Positions 12,201-22,100 of a stretch of DNA of 44,068 nt are shown piece after piece (position 1 is the stretch's first letter; each line of letters starts with the position of its first letter). This stretch comes from Thecamonas trahens ATCC 50062 (Eukaryota; Protista; Apusomonadida), in the NCBI RefSeq assembly GCF_000142905.1, contig NW_013657633.1:1-44068 (forward strand), in the 5' to 3' direction. Position numbers and translations under genes: made by a program. A model generated the notes under the pieces. It was not told the origin of the DNA, made no database searches, and saw only the letters and a program-made list of their open reading frames with translations.

Positions 12201-12401
12201 GCCATCGCTGCCGGGGCTCCGCGGCGCGACACTTCGGCCGGCCCCTGCCACCCCGAGTGCTACCTCTGCGCAGAGTGTGGCGCCGGCCTCTCCGGCGACA
12301 TCGCCGTCCACGAGGGCTACTACTACTGCCAAAAGTGCCTCAACACGCCCAAGGTCCTCCTCAGCATGTTTATGAAGGACGGCAAGCTCATCAAGCCGTA
12401 A
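9294..12401 (+). CDS. Multi-LIM domain protein (10 LIM domains) with a probable N-terminal ubiquitin-like domain
   Basis: Ten CxxC...HxxC(x2)CxxC...CxxH/C units counted by eye, separated by Pro/Thr/Ala linkers. The N-terminal ~85 aa end in LVDWSQTTKAQGIVNGSSLVC, which resembles a beta-grasp C-terminus. GCCATG at 9294 is the likely start. Confidence 0.9.
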   Translation: MPKLHVTVVGENGESTEYHDVQQTNKKVMGEGLHRLGSKIGIARSEWESYLVHIGSSSGSLVDWSQTTKAQGIVNGSSLVCTWVGYGAGLSSDVVAGTAPAATDAATAKSKSKTKAKADAKACNGNGKGKGKKKVCTVCDAKLGKDDVKRKYNQVWFHKSCFVCSTCSKALTKARARLSSNSLFCKKHLRAHLRTHPSATDDTPGLDDADRLPNPASNTALTPAPTPAPSPPCTACKQPAPAAAATVLDSGAVYHSTCLICSVCSRSLGPVTSHIRDGTIFCRRHAREADTLPTSSSVPAPAADPTSICPACSRRVYSLDDSAHLGGVNYHAKCLACSQPHCTLPLTSISARILDGAVLCRDHFKAARAAAPPPTPGPAPTAEPELQPDSAPTAATAADAPATCPACRRRIYSLDVPEVIDGVAFHKNCLECSNCLRKLSRSDVRCHKGALYCARHHRAALRNDPDPNPEPATRITTPDPTPTSDPTPTLPEDSVCPACSRSMSARDALLRVSGTEYHRDCAKCADCDQSLSEISARSLDGILLCSRHLRARQEPTPSANSSSCPTCSRKIYKLDPKHTVESVTFHSACLRCAKCDRTLSKISARLGPNATLLCARHLRELESPQTAPAPASRPAATTSATCPGCSRKLYTMDRKTSIDGTNYHADCAKCSRCAKSLSAITARRHNSALYCGRHYRDELKGIEQPPSSSPLVPAHAPSRPPPNSCPSCAKSIFARDRTLSLAGTTYHAGCVKCAQCSTVLNAISARDHNGTVLCGRHYRAMLKSDDSPTPTPAAKRKLPPGVMEMFGDDIAAEREARKTKAERAAEVVGAKAYSSGTVRPSDRKRAERAAARKPPAKTKASPAAANPFAGMKMDLAALMAAADAPARDTCRGCSGELIGKFVKTSIGKYHKNCVKCSSCAAALTAKYIAKDGALFCMPCNPDARATPTLSSSSLSSSGTAAAKCCQCWMAIAAGAPRRDTSAGPCHPECYLCAECGAGLSGDIAVHEGYYYCQKCLNTPKVLLSMFMKDGKLIKP

Positions 12402-12408
12402 ACTACTG

Positions 12409-15400
12409 CTACGGCAACTGCCCGCTCCGGCTCCTCCGCCGAGCCTCGGCCGCCGCAATCCGCGCCGCTGCCTTTTCGCGCGCCTTTTCACGCGCCCGCT
12501 CCCGCGCGTCAACCTGGTCCGGCACCACCGGACTTTGCGGTGAGCTCGTGCCTGCCGAACCAGCGTCGTCTTCGCCAGACTCGGCTGCCCTGCTCTGCTG
12601 CCGCTTGAGCATGACTCGCTCCGCCACGTCGAGTCCCGACGATCGCGTCCCCAGCAGGAGTTGGGCGTGCTGGTGGTCCGAATCACCGCGCGAGCCAAAG
12701 AGCTTGCGCACCTTGGCCACCTCGAGCTGCCGCTCTGCCTGTTTCGAGACTACAACCTCATCAGCCGACATCTCGTTGTCGTCGTCGCCGTCGCGTCCGC
12801 GTGAGCCGCGCCGGAACGACAGCACCTTGGGCAGCCAAGAACGCCGCGACTTGGACGCGCCCATTGCCTTGGCAGACTCGGCAAGCAATGCCTCGTCCTT
12901 GGAGAACATGCTCGTCGACGCCTTTTTCTTCTTCAGCAAAATCTTGAAGATCTGCGACCGGATAAAGCCGAGGATCTGCTTCTCCACCTCTTGGTACAGC
13001 TCGTCCCAAGAGTACGTCACGCCCTGGACCGTAATCTCGCCCAGCTTCACGTGCACATCGTTGAGATCCTTGACAGACGATGAGCCCTCTTCAACCTTGT
13101 ACGTCACGTCGAGGCTTGTCGGCGAGATCTTGACATAGTTGAATGTCTGAAACAGCTTGGCCCGCTGTAGCATCGCAGAGCCCGACGATCCGTGCCCAAG
13201 CACTGCAAGCTTGACCCTGTCCTTGTCGTCGAGCGCCTCGCTTGCCGCGGCCTCGCCATCGTCGCTTCCGCCACCGCCACCGCCGCCGCCCGCCCCGGCC
13301 CCGCTGGCCTCGCCCTCGCCCTCACCGCCTCCGGCCCGCGGCGAGAGCACCGTCACCTGCTTCGAAATCGACGCCGCAGCGTACCGCGAACCGCCAAACG
13401 ACCTGCCGCGCGCATGCTCCGGCGCCCAATCGCGCTCGGCACCTCGCTCGCCGCTTCTGTTCTCGGGCCCCTCGCTGCTGCTGCCTTCGCTGCCGCTCCC
13501 ATCTTTGGCCACGCTCTCGGCCGTTGGCGCCGGACCCGACGCTGCCTCGGGCCAAAAGTACGCCACCAGCGCATTGTACATCGCCGATGTGAGCGCAATC
13601 GAGAGCGGCGCCACGTTGATTTCGTAGTGCTCATACACGTCGATGCCGCCCACAGGCTTGCCGTACCGCGAGTACACACGCAGCATGTTGCCCGAAAGCG
13701 AGTCGGCCCCAGCCTGCCGCTGCAGCACCACCGGGAGCGCCGTTGCCTCGTCCTCGTTCGAAATCGAAATGTCCACAGTGTGCATGGTGTGGAGGCCAGA
13801 CCGGTCGTCGTTGGTGAGAATCGAACCCGTGATGCCCTCGAGCACAATCCGCGACACTGTCCGCCCCTCGAGCACAAGCTCCCACGAGAGCTCGCGCGCC
13901 CGGTAGTCGACCTTGAGCAGCGGCACGCCCTGCGTCGCAAGCACACGCGCAGACTTGGTCGAGAGCGCAAGCTCCCGCTTCGCCGCCACAAGCTTGGCCT
14001 TTTTCGCCTCTAGCGCGCTTCGCCACAGCGCAAGCTCTTGCTCGTCGTACAGCTCGGACGCTGTGTTTGCTCGCAGCAAGTCTGAGATGTTGCGCACTTC
14101 GGTTGCAAGCTTTGCCTTGCGCGCCCGCAGCGAGTCAAGCGACGCCAAATCGTCCGCCTGCAGCCGCGACCGCAGCACCATCGCCGTCACTTCGTCGCGC
14201 TCTTCTAGCTCTTGCGGCGTATAGCCCAGCAAGAGCTGGACAATGACGTCAGAGACAACCGCGTACTGCTGCGGATCGAGAACAAGCGGGAGCTCGTCAA
14301 AGATAACGTCGTACGCCGTCACGTCGCCGACCTTGCTCGCCAACGCAGGCTGCTCGTACCACCGGTACGCCAGCGTCATTGGCGCAGGGCCCATCACCGC
14401 CACTGGCGCACGCCGCGTGCCCTCGCCCTCACCCACCCACGCCGCCTCAAGTGTCAGCGACTCGCCGTCCAGCAAATCCACATGCCACTCCATGTGCTCG
14501 AACTCGGTCGTCAGGCACGTCATGTTCTGCTTCACATGCGCCCCGACCTCCACCACCGCAGACCGGTGGAACGTCTCGCACGTAGACACAATCGTCGACG
14601 CCGTCAGCACCATCGAACCGCGCACGCCCTCGGACATCGCCACAAAGTTGATCTGCGGCTCCACGCACGTCACAGAGTACTCGACAACCACCGGGATGTC
14701 GCCGAACAGTCGCACTCGCCCGTCGCCCGACGGCGATGCCCCGGTCCCAGCCGGTCCGCCCTCACTACCCGGCGCGCCCTCAGACACTGCCGCCACCCGC
14801 GCCTCACCGGCTGCGTCAAAGAGCGAGAGCAGCGGCGACGCTGCCGCACCGGCGGCCGCGGCAGCCTCCCGCGCCGCATGGACGTTCCGCTGCGACACTG
14901 GCGGTGGCGCTGGCGTGCAAGCTCTTCCGCCTGAAGACGGGGCGCTCCCCACCAACACGTTGCCAGAGCCTGCGCTCGCGTTTGTCTCGCGGAGATTGCG
15001 GTACTGCGCCGCCCACAGGTACACGCAGTTGCGCGCTTCCTCCGTCCACAGCAGCTTGGGCTGGTGCAGCACATAGTTGTGAACCTCGCGATCCTCGTCG
15101 TCGAGCTCCAGCACCGGCTCTTCACTTCCGTCGCCACACACCACCACTTTGTCGCCAAACCTCACCGCGCCGTTGCCTACATGTCGCGTCATCACCGCCG
15201 CTGCCGCAGTAAACGTTCGCCCGTGCACGTAGTGCACGCTCGGCGCCGAGAGAAGAAAGTCGCCCTTGTACGAGTCGCCCGAGCTTGCCAGCAGCGCCGG
15301 CGAGCTCGCGCCCAACGCGTACAGCGAGAGGAACGTCTCCAGGCCGGCCAGCGTGAAGATGTGCACCGTGAGCTCCTCCAGCCGCGCGAGCGCCCCATGC

Positions 15401-18400
15401 GCCAAGTACGCTAGCACCGACGTTGCACCAAGCGAGTTGCTAGCTCCACTCGAGACAAGCTCCAGGTGCGCGCCGGCCATCACTCGTGACGCACGCACGA
15501 TGAGCCCGCGCTGCCGCGTATCGTCGTCCCACACCTGGAGCAAGACCTGCACAACATCCACAGAGAGCACAAGGACCCGCACGTGCTCCGAGAGCCGCGC
15601 TCGCTTGCCCCGTGCCCGACCAAACACCGCACCCTCGCCAATCGGCACCGAGAGCCCACTCGTTGTCGCTGTCGTGTACCAGTCGAGAAGAAACTGAACC
15701 TTGGACAGGTCGACCACCATCCACCACTGCGCATCGCTTCCGGCTTCTGCGGTAAACGACAGCGTGAGCTCGATGTCCACCCCACTCGATGTGACACTCG
15801 CCAGCGGGTCAGTCTGCGACAGCGGCAGCGGCGCTGCCCGCGCCTCGCCCACCGCCAGCGGTGCTGTCAGCAGCGAGAGCGCCTCACTGCTGCCGGCCGG
15901 GACTACCCAGGCCAGCTGCGCACACAGCTTGAGCTGCGGCGCCGAGAGAATCTCCACCGGCTTGGCCTTACCCGCCGCCCTGTCGTCCCATCGCTTATCC
16001 GAGTGCATTGTCACGTGCGCACGCATGAGACAAACCTCGATTTCCCCGCCACTCACGCTTACTTGCGCGCCCTCGGCCCGCAGCTGGAGGTACTCGGATG
16101 CAACACTAAGCTCCGGCGATGCCGAAAGCTTGACGACAAACGCTTCGTCGACGCCAATACTCAGCTTGCCGTGCATCATCAATCGCAGCTTGTCGTACCA
16201 TACCAGCGGGCGCGAGGCCGTGTGCGGAAGCGAGAGCTCCGAGCTCACCCGCCCCGCCGCTACCGAGATTGCAGCAAGCAACGGATCAAATGCCGGGCCG
16301 TGGCTCACTTCCAGCCCACGCGCCGAGATCGAGAGTGCATGGAAGATGTGCAGTGGCATGAGCGAACGCTGGACAGACGCCAGCACCTCGCGCCCGCCGT
16401 TTGCATCGTCCCACACCGGTGCGCTCACTGTGTACACCGCCGACGCCACCGGCTCGTGCTGCGCCAGCATCCAAGGACCCCACACCTTGAACATTCGCGA
16501 CGCCGCCAGCGGCAGCGCACCACCACGCACCGTCGCCTCGACACTGTCGGCTGCCAAAAACACCTCACCTCCGACCGTCAGCGCCAGCGCCGCTGACGTA
16601 TTGATCACCTTGCGCCGCGCCAGCTCGGCCGCTGTCTTCCACACCGCCGCAGGCTCAAACGCCGCTGGCAGCTCCGCGCCACCAGTCGAGAACAGTGCAA
16701 TCTCGGTGAGGACCGACGCCTGGACACTGCCGAGCTGAACATCCAGAAGCGGTGCGGCATAGCCCGGCTGATGCACCGGCTCGTATCGCGAGATGTAAAG
16801 CTCCGAGTCCTTGGCTGCTGCCCGCGCCCACAGCTCGTCGATGACTTCCGGTGGCGGCGCTACTCCTGCAGCTGCCAGCTGGTCCAACCGGTCGAGAATC
16901 ATCCGCTCCCGGAGGATCCGCTGCTCGTTCTCCGACTGGCCATGGCGGGCATTGTGTGCCAGCCGCGCTTCAAACTCCGAGTCGGCCACTCGGAGTCGGA
17001 CCTCGTCGGCGACGAGCGAGAAAATAGCCACCTGCGCTGCACTCGCCACGCCTCGGATTGGCGAGACATCCGGCGATGGGAGCAGTGTAGGCTCCGACTC
17101 ACCCGAAACAATGCTTGTTGGCGAGAGCGACGGGCTCGTTTCCACTGACGGGCTCGGGAGCTTCAGCGTCGGTGCCGATTGTGCACGCACCGTCAGCGCC
17201 GGAAGCTTTGATGGTCGTCCACCGGACTGCGCGAGCAGTGCCGGCGGGACAAGCGGCTCGAGCCGCTCGTCGGCATCGGTGTCAACCTTGCCGTCACCAG
17301 CAGTGCCAGTCTCGGGCTCGGGCGTGCAGATTGGAAGCTCATGGGTGAGGTACTGCTGCAAATCGAGGTGGAACGGCTCGCCGGAAGTGATGGCGCCCAT
17401 CACATCAAACACCATCGGGCGGATCCAGCGGTAAGCGCGCGAAAAGTGCTCAATCGCATTGCCGAGATGCGCCTCGGCCGGCACGGTCACCGAAGCCGAA
17501 CCGAGTGCCACCGAGAGACCAAAGCGGACGTCGAGCGCAGCGTCGGCAAGGAGCGACGTCGACCGCGCCACAGGCGGAAACGCATACAGCGACGACGGAA
17601 TGTCGGTCGAGAACGAGACTACGCCGGTGTCGAGCGTCGCCACCTCACACCCATCAAGCTCGAGCTGCATGCCGCCTACCTGCACCGCACTACTGCCGGC
17701 TGTGTCGATGTCGAGTGCTGCCACGCAGAGCGTGACGACCGGGCTTGGACTGGTAATCTCGAATGCCAGTGCCGTGTCGGCGACATGTAGCCCAAGCGTC
17801 AGCGGCGAGTGGGTTGGCGACGTGCGCCTGTGCGTGCTCGGCGCCGCCACCGCGTTGATCCACGGCGCGACGCAGTCGCGTAGCTCGACCACAGTTCGCG
17901 CTACTGGAACAACATCGGCGACGCGCAGCGTGCCGCCGACCCCGTCAAGCGTGGCTTCGACCCGGAGCGCACCAGCGACAAGCGCTGTGACTGAGCGCGC
18001 ACGCCGCAGCTCGAGCCTCAGCGACGCGAGCTCGACCATCGGAAGATCAACAGCGCTCGTTGCCCGCTTGACGAGAATGCCACCGGCAGTGACAGCCAGA
18101 GTCTCCCATGACGTCGATGAGAGCCCACACGCCACAATCGCCAGCGTGTACCGCGGGCCGAGCGCCAGCTCAACGGCTTCGAGGTCAAGCGCGAGCTCAA
18201 GCTGCGGCGCAGGCGACCGCGGCGACGGCGGGACCGCGCCCGCCGGAGCAACGCGCCGCGGAATCGCGGCCGCCAGCCGCGCAAGCTCGGGCCCATGCTC
18301 GTTGAGGACAGCCAGCAGCGCAGCGGAGGCCGGTGCATGGAGTGAGGCAGACACCTCGGCAATTTTGAGGCCGACAACAGGCACAGCGTCCGGAGTCCGG

Positions 18401-20046
18401 TGCGAGACTACACACGTGGCGGAAGCAAGTGTGAGCCACGGGCGGGCCTTGAACAACTGCGGCGCGTCGGGTGGCGCCTCAAACCGCTCACCGACCAAAC
18501 CGTTGATCGACGCTGTGGTTCGGGTCCTCGTCTGCGGCGCAAGGGATATGTTGCAGCCGACCGCACTGGCGCGGACCAGTACAAGCGGAATGCCGAGCGG
18601 GAAGCCTGGCTGTGCATCGGCAGCAAGGAGCAGCACCGAGGCATCAGTGAGCCTGGCCTTGGCCGAGAGCTTGAACGGTAGGCCTAGGCTCACGGGCTCG
18701 CCGGCGGCTGGCGGCGGCGGAGGCGTGGGGAGGAGGCCGAGGAGCGGCACGATCCACGCGAGTGCTGTGGGCCAGAGGGTGGCGTGGACACGGCGGGCCT
18801 CCATCTCGGCATGGACCGAGGCCAGACGCAGCAACGCGTCCGAGCGGCTCCACCGGGTGGTAACGTTGAGCGAGAGCGCGTGGACGTCGAGCGGCGCGAG
18901 CGCATCCGGGTGGCTTACCAGCGGGCCGGTGCAGGTGAGCGCGAGCGAGGCCTGTGGCAGCGCGCCTAGCTCAGCCCCAGGCCATAGGCTGGCTTCGCCG
19001 GTGATTTGAGAAAAGGTGCAGGCAAAGGCGGCGCGGCGGGGCGTAAAGAGCGTGGCGGTAAACTCGTCGATCCGGACAGCGACGTGTACAGGCAGCGAGA
19101 GCTGGCGGACCACCACACCACGGGCGTGCTCGACGCGTGCCAGCGACTGCGAGGACGGGCCCGCAGAGCGAGACGGCAAGAGCGCTCCCACAAGCGCGGC
19201 CTGCAGCTGCAGCGCCGCCGGGCAGCTGGCGACGCCGAGCGCACCGCAAGACACGTCGCAGGCCTCGATTGACGGAAGAATGTCTGTGAGCGGGACCGGT
19301 CCGGCATGGAGTGGCGGCGAGCTCCACGAAAACAGTAGCGAAGCCGTCAGCGACTCGCCCTGGACCATGGGGCGGTCCATGGTGTCGCGGAAGAGTGAGC
19401 CGGCAGGCGACTCGAGATCCATGTCGAGGCCACGAGCCGAGAGCCGAAAGGCAAAGTCGCCATCCTTCTCCCCACGGGCCAGGCTCAGCTGCAGGCTGTC
19501 AAGCGAGACCAGGGCCCGCGCAGAGAGCGGGAGGCTGACCACCGCTGTGGCCTCCACCAGCTCCACAACGGTGTGCGGGAAGAGCGGGAGGAGCATCCGC
19601 AGCGCAAGCCGCTCATATCGGCCTAACGCATACGGCGGAGCGGCACGGCCGTCATCTACAGCGAGATGCACCTCACCTTTGCGTGCAACATGCTGCGCCA
19701 GCCTCGTGGCCAGATCAAGGTCGACGTGGATGCCGGCGATGGAGACGACGAGGGCATGGGCATGACCCCAAGATGAGAGGTAGTTGACAAAGTTGGTGGA
19801 GATGGAGCACGATGCAAGTGTCATGGCAATGCCCGAGGCCGGCCGAGCCAACGCAAGGTCATGTGCATACGCCAGACCGAGCGAGCGGACAGAGAACGTT
19901 CCCGATGCCCCCAAGGATCGCGAGATAGCCGAGGTGGCGAGCATGGCCAGGCCGCGGGTCACCGCCAGGTACCCAGCCAGCCCTACTACGCCTAGCGCTG
20001 CCGCTACTTTGCTCCACCACCATACCCATGCCATCCACGCAAGCAT
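12409..20046 (-). CDS. BLTP2: Bridge-like lipid transfer protein 2 (Hobbit/Fmp27/KIAA0100/SABRE family)
   Basis: Intronless 2545-aa ORF with an N-terminal TM anchor. WYDKLRLMMHGKL is the Fmp27 GFWDK-like motif. The Apt1-type C-terminus includes LLWTEEARNCVYLW, PVGGIDVYEHYEINVAPL and FNYVKISPTSLDVTYK...SWDEL. Confidence 0.88.
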   Translation of the reverse strand: MLAWMAWVWWWSKVAAALGVVGLAGYLAVTRGLAMLATSAISRSLGASGTFSVRSLGLAYAHDLALARPASGIAMTLASCSISTNFVNYLSSWGHAHALVVSIAGIHVDLDLATRLAQHVARKGEVHLAVDDGRAAPPYALGRYERLALRMLLPLFPHTVVELVEATAVVSLPLSARALVSLDSLQLSLARGEKDGDFAFRLSARGLDMDLESPAGSLFRDTMDRPMVQGESLTASLLFSWSSPPLHAGPVPLTDILPSIEACDVSCGALGVASCPAALQLQAALVGALLPSRSAGPSSQSLARVEHARGVVVRQLSLPVHVAVRIDEFTATLFTPRRAAFACTFSQITGEASLWPGAELGALPQASLALTCTGPLVSHPDALAPLDVHALSLNVTTRWSRSDALLRLASVHAEMEARRVHATLWPTALAWIVPLLGLLPTPPPPPAAGEPVSLGLPFKLSAKARLTDASVLLLAADAQPGFPLGIPLVLVRASAVGCNISLAPQTRTRTTASINGLVGERFEAPPDAPQLFKARPWLTLASATCVVSHRTPDAVPVVGLKIAEVSASLHAPASAALLAVLNEHGPELARLAAAIPRRVAPAGAVPPSPRSPAPQLELALDLEAVELALGPRYTLAIVACGLSSTSWETLAVTAGGILVKRATSAVDLPMVELASLRLELRRARSVTALVAGALRVEATLDGVGGTLRVADVVPVARTVVELRDCVAPWINAVAAPSTHRRTSPTHSPLTLGLHVADTALAFEITSPSPVVTLCVAALDIDTAGSSAVQVGGMQLELDGCEVATLDTGVVSFSTDIPSSLYAFPPVARSTSLLADAALDVRFGLSVALGSASVTVPAEAHLGNAIEHFSRAYRWIRPMVFDVMGAITSGEPFHLDLQQYLTHELPICTPEPETGTAGDGKVDTDADERLEPLVPPALLAQSGGRPSKLPALTVRAQSAPTLKLPSPSVETSPSLSPTSIVSGESEPTLLPSPDVSPIRGVASAAQVAIFSLVADEVRLRVADSEFEARLAHNARHGQSENEQRILRERMILDRLDQLAAAGVAPPPEVIDELWARAAAKDSELYISRYEPVHQPGYAAPLLDVQLGSVQASVLTEIALFSTGGAELPAAFEPAAVWKTAAELARRKVINTSAALALTVGGEVFLAADSVEATVRGGALPLAASRMFKVWGPWMLAQHEPVASAVYTVSAPVWDDANGGREVLASVQRSLMPLHIFHALSISARGLEVSHGPAFDPLLAAISVAAGRVSSELSLPHTASRPLVWYDKLRLMMHGKLSIGVDEAFVVKLSASPELSVASEYLQLRAEGAQVSVSGGEIEVCLMRAHVTMHSDKRWDDRAAGKAKPVEILSAPQLKLCAQLAWVVPAGSSEALSLLTAPLAVGEARAAPLPLSQTDPLASVTSSGVDIELTLSFTAEAGSDAQWWMVVDLSKVQFLLDWYTTATTSGLSVPIGEGAVFGRARGKRARLSEHVRVLVLSVDVVQVLLQVWDDDTRQRGLIVRASRVMAGAHLELVSSGASNSLGATSVLAYLAHGALARLEELTVHIFTLAGLETFLSLYALGASSPALLASSGDSYKGDFLLSAPSVHYVHGRTFTAAAAVMTRHVGNGAVRFGDKVVVCGDGSEEPVLELDDEDREVHNYVLHQPKLLWTEEARNCVYLWAAQYRNLRETNASAGSGNVLVGSAPSSGGRACTPAPPPVSQRNVHAAREAAAAAGAAASPLLSLFDAAGEARVAAVSEGAPGSEGGPAGTGASPSGDGRVRLFGDIPVVVEYSVTCVEPQINFVAMSEGVRGSMVLTASTIVSTCETFHRSAVVEVGAHVKQNMTCLTTEFEHMEWHVDLLDGESLTLEAAWVGEGEGTRRAPVAVMGPAPMTLAYRWYEQPALASKVGDVTAYDVIFDELPLVLDPQQYAVVSDVIVQLLLGYTPQELEERDEVTAMVLRSRLQADDLASLDSLRARKAKLATEVRNISDLLRANTASELYDEQELALWRSALEAKKAKLVAAKRELALSTKSARVLATQGVPLLKVDYRARELSWELVLEGRTVSRIVLEGITGSILTNDDRSGLHTMHTVDISISNEDEATALPVVLQRQAGADSLSGNMLRVYSRYGKPVGGIDVYEHYEINVAPLSIALTSAMYNALVAYFWPEAASGPAPTAESVAKDGSGSEGSSSEGPENRSGERGAERDWAPEHARGRSFGGSRYAAASISKQVTVLSPRAGGGEGEGEASGAGAGGGGGGGGSDDGEAAASEALDDKDRVKLAVLGHGSSGSAMLQRAKLFQTFNYVKISPTSLDVTYKVEEGSSSVKDLNDVHVKLGEITVQGVTYSWDELYQEVEKQILGFIRSQIFKILLKKKKASTSMFSKDEALLAESAKAMGASKSRRSWLPKVLSFRRGSRGRDGDDDNEMSADEVVVSKQAERQLEVAKVRKLFGSRGDSDHQHAQLLLGTRSSGLDVAERVMLKRQQSRAAESGEDDAGSAGTSSPQSPVVPDQVDARERAREKAREKAAARIAAAEARRRSRSGQLP

Positions 20047-20207
20047 TGACTGCAGGTGCCCGGGAAAAGGTAGAGGAGTGTTGTCTTCCGGTCCTCGCCC
20101 TCGCCCTCGAGCGGGCTGTGTGTGCGACCAGGCCGCCCGAGTCGTCGCCCGTCCCGGTGTCCGGTGTTCGGCGCCCGCAGCAGGCGACGGCTTTACATGG
20201 TCTACGG

Positions 20208-21620
20208 CTACAATTGCTGCTGCTCGAGCTCGAGGAGGCGAGCCGAGGTAGTGGCGAGCTCAAGCTGCTGTGAGAGTTTCGCGGCAATGGCGTCGGCGTA
20301 GGCGGCCTTGGTCGACTCGAGCTCGGCAGTGAGCGCGGCGATGGTGGCGGACTGCTGAGAAGAGGTGAGGACGGCGTTGTGGCGGGCAACAAGTTCGCCG
20401 TGGGCGGCAACGAGGCGGGCGTGATGGCGGGCAGCCTCGCGGAGGACAGTGATTTCCGACCGCGATGACTCAAGCTCCAGGAGCATGTTCTCGTTTTCGA
20501 GGCGGAGGGCAGCGACTTCGGCGACGAGGCCGGAGAGGAGCTGTGACGAGTCAGGCTCGATCTCGGGCACAGAGTTGGGCGAGTACGAGAGCTGCGCTAG
20601 TGCATGGTACGACGGAAGCGGCTCGTCGGACTCATTCTCCAGAGGCTGCAGTGGTGACGGCAGCGCCGGCGGCGACGGCGAGCGGAGCTCGAACGACGAC
20701 TCGGACGCGAGCCGCTCGGCGCGGCCGCGGACAACCGCGAGCTCAGCGCGGGTCGCCTCGAGCTCAAACTCGAGGTCAGAGAGTGCGTGCGGCTCGGCCG
20801 GTTCCGCAGCCTCGAGCTGAGCGATGGTGGCGCGGGCGTCGACGAGCTCGTTGCCGAGCTCGTCGATGCGGAGCCGGGCGTCGGCAAGCTGCGCCTGCGC
20901 AATCATGGCCGCCCGCGCCGGCGAGCCTCCCACGCTTGCGTCCGACACGGTAGAGGTAAGTGAGATCTGCTCACGGAGCGCAAGCATGGCGTGCTGCGTC
21001 GCTGACCACTTGAACTCGGACTCGGCTAGCGAGTGCTTCAGCGCATCCCGCTCGGCCTCGACCTCGTCAACGTGCGTACGGAGCACATCGCACTCGCTGG
21101 AAAGCCTGCTCACTTGGCCCAGCAAGTTCTCTGCCGTCGAGACCATAGACGACTGCGCTGCAGAGAGCGAGTCGCGGAGAGAGGCGGCAGCCTCTTCGGC
21201 GCGGGTCGCGCGATCCGCAGGCTCCTCGGCATGGCTGACCTTGCGGTTGCTGACCAGAGAGAGGTTTGCTTCCCGCAGCCTGGTAACTACCTCTTGGAGC
21301 TGATCGCGCTCGGCAGCAGCGCCTACAGCATCGCTCGCGCGGGCGACAGCAGCGTCGCGCTCTACACGGAGCCTGGCCATCTCCTCGTCCATGGCCAGCT
21401 GTGTCTGCTCGTAGCCAACCAGTCTCGCCTCGGCATCCATCAGCGCATTTGCCAACGCTGCCGACTCTTCCGCAGCTTGCTCTGCTGCCTCTGCTGCTGC
21501 CGCACGGACCTCTTCCACCTCGCGGCCGTACTTGACCTGCGCCTTGCGGAGTTCGATCTGTGTGGCGTGCAGCAGTCGCTGCGTCTCGCCGAGTTGTTCG
21601 CCTGCCCCACGTCCAGTCAT
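20208..21620 (-). CDS. Long coiled-coil protein of unknown function (an upstream exon may lie in the gap)
   Basis: Heptad-rich A/E/L/R sequence over ~470 aa. ATG at 21620. A pyrimidine-rich acceptor-like CCTCAG near 21653 suggests a possible upstream exon. Confidence 0.7.
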   Translation of the reverse strand: MTGRGAGEQLGETQRLLHATQIELRKAQVKYGREVEEVRAAAAEAAEQAAEESAALANALMDAEARLVGYEQTQLAMDEEMARLRVERDAAVARASDAVGAAAERDQLQEVVTRLREANLSLVSNRKVSHAEEPADRATRAEEAAASLRDSLSAAQSSMVSTAENLLGQVSRLSSECDVLRTHVDEVEAERDALKHSLAESEFKWSATQHAMLALREQISLTSTVSDASVGGSPARAAMIAQAQLADARLRIDELGNELVDARATIAQLEAAEPAEPHALSDLEFELEATRAELAVVRGRAERLASESSFELRSPSPPALPSPLQPLENESDEPLPSYHALAQLSYSPNSVPEIEPDSSQLLSGLVAEVAALRLENENMLLELESSRSEITVLREAARHHARLVAAHGELVARHNAVLTSSQQSATIAALTAELESTKAAYADAIAAKLSQQLELATTSARLLELEQQQL

Positions 21621-21694
21621 GTCAAGGCAGAGGGTAAAGACAGGTGCGTCTACTGAGGAAGGAAGGAAGGGGGGGATGGGGATGAGGGGCGGGG

Positions 21695-21794
21695 NNNNNN
21701 NNNNNNNNNNNNNNNNNNNNNNNNNNNNNNNNNNNNNNNNNNNNNNNNNNNNNNNNNNNNNNNNNNNNNNNNNNNNNNNNNNNNNNNNNNNNNN
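21695..21794. other. Assembly gap (100 N)
   Basis: N run. Confidence 1.
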
Positions 21795-21835
21795 CACTGT
21801 AAAATCTTTTACAAGCTCCAACCCATCCCCCACTC

Positions 21836-22055
21836 CCAGCCTTAGCCGTCACCCGTGCTAGCTGTTGTGTCGCGAAGAGACGACAGACCCGTCGGCCGAT
21901 CGGACGCTCAGTGCCCAAGCGGGGGGCGGGGGGAGCAGTGTTTCCTGTGCTACTGCTCTCACCGCTCCACGCTTGGTCACTGAGCGTCCGATCGGCCGAC
22001 CGGTCTGTCGTCTCTTCGCGACACAACAGCTAGCACGGGTGACGGCCAAGGCTGG
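21836..22055. repeat. Long inverted repeat/hairpin, ~104-bp arms and 12-nt loop
   Basis: 21836-21939 pairs with 21952-22055, with about 7 mismatches by manual count. The loop is GTTTCCTGTGCT. The ORF track shows mirror ORFs starting MCREETTD on both strands. Confidence 0.95.
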
Positions 22056-22100
22056 TGTGGGCCAAGGCGGGGGTGTGTGGAGCTGCAAACAGTTGTCGAC

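Noticed and set aside
12098-20473. Many long antisense or alternative-frame ORFs over BLTP2 and other genes
   Set aside because: Expected shadow ORFs in high-GC coding DNA, with no recognisable domains.
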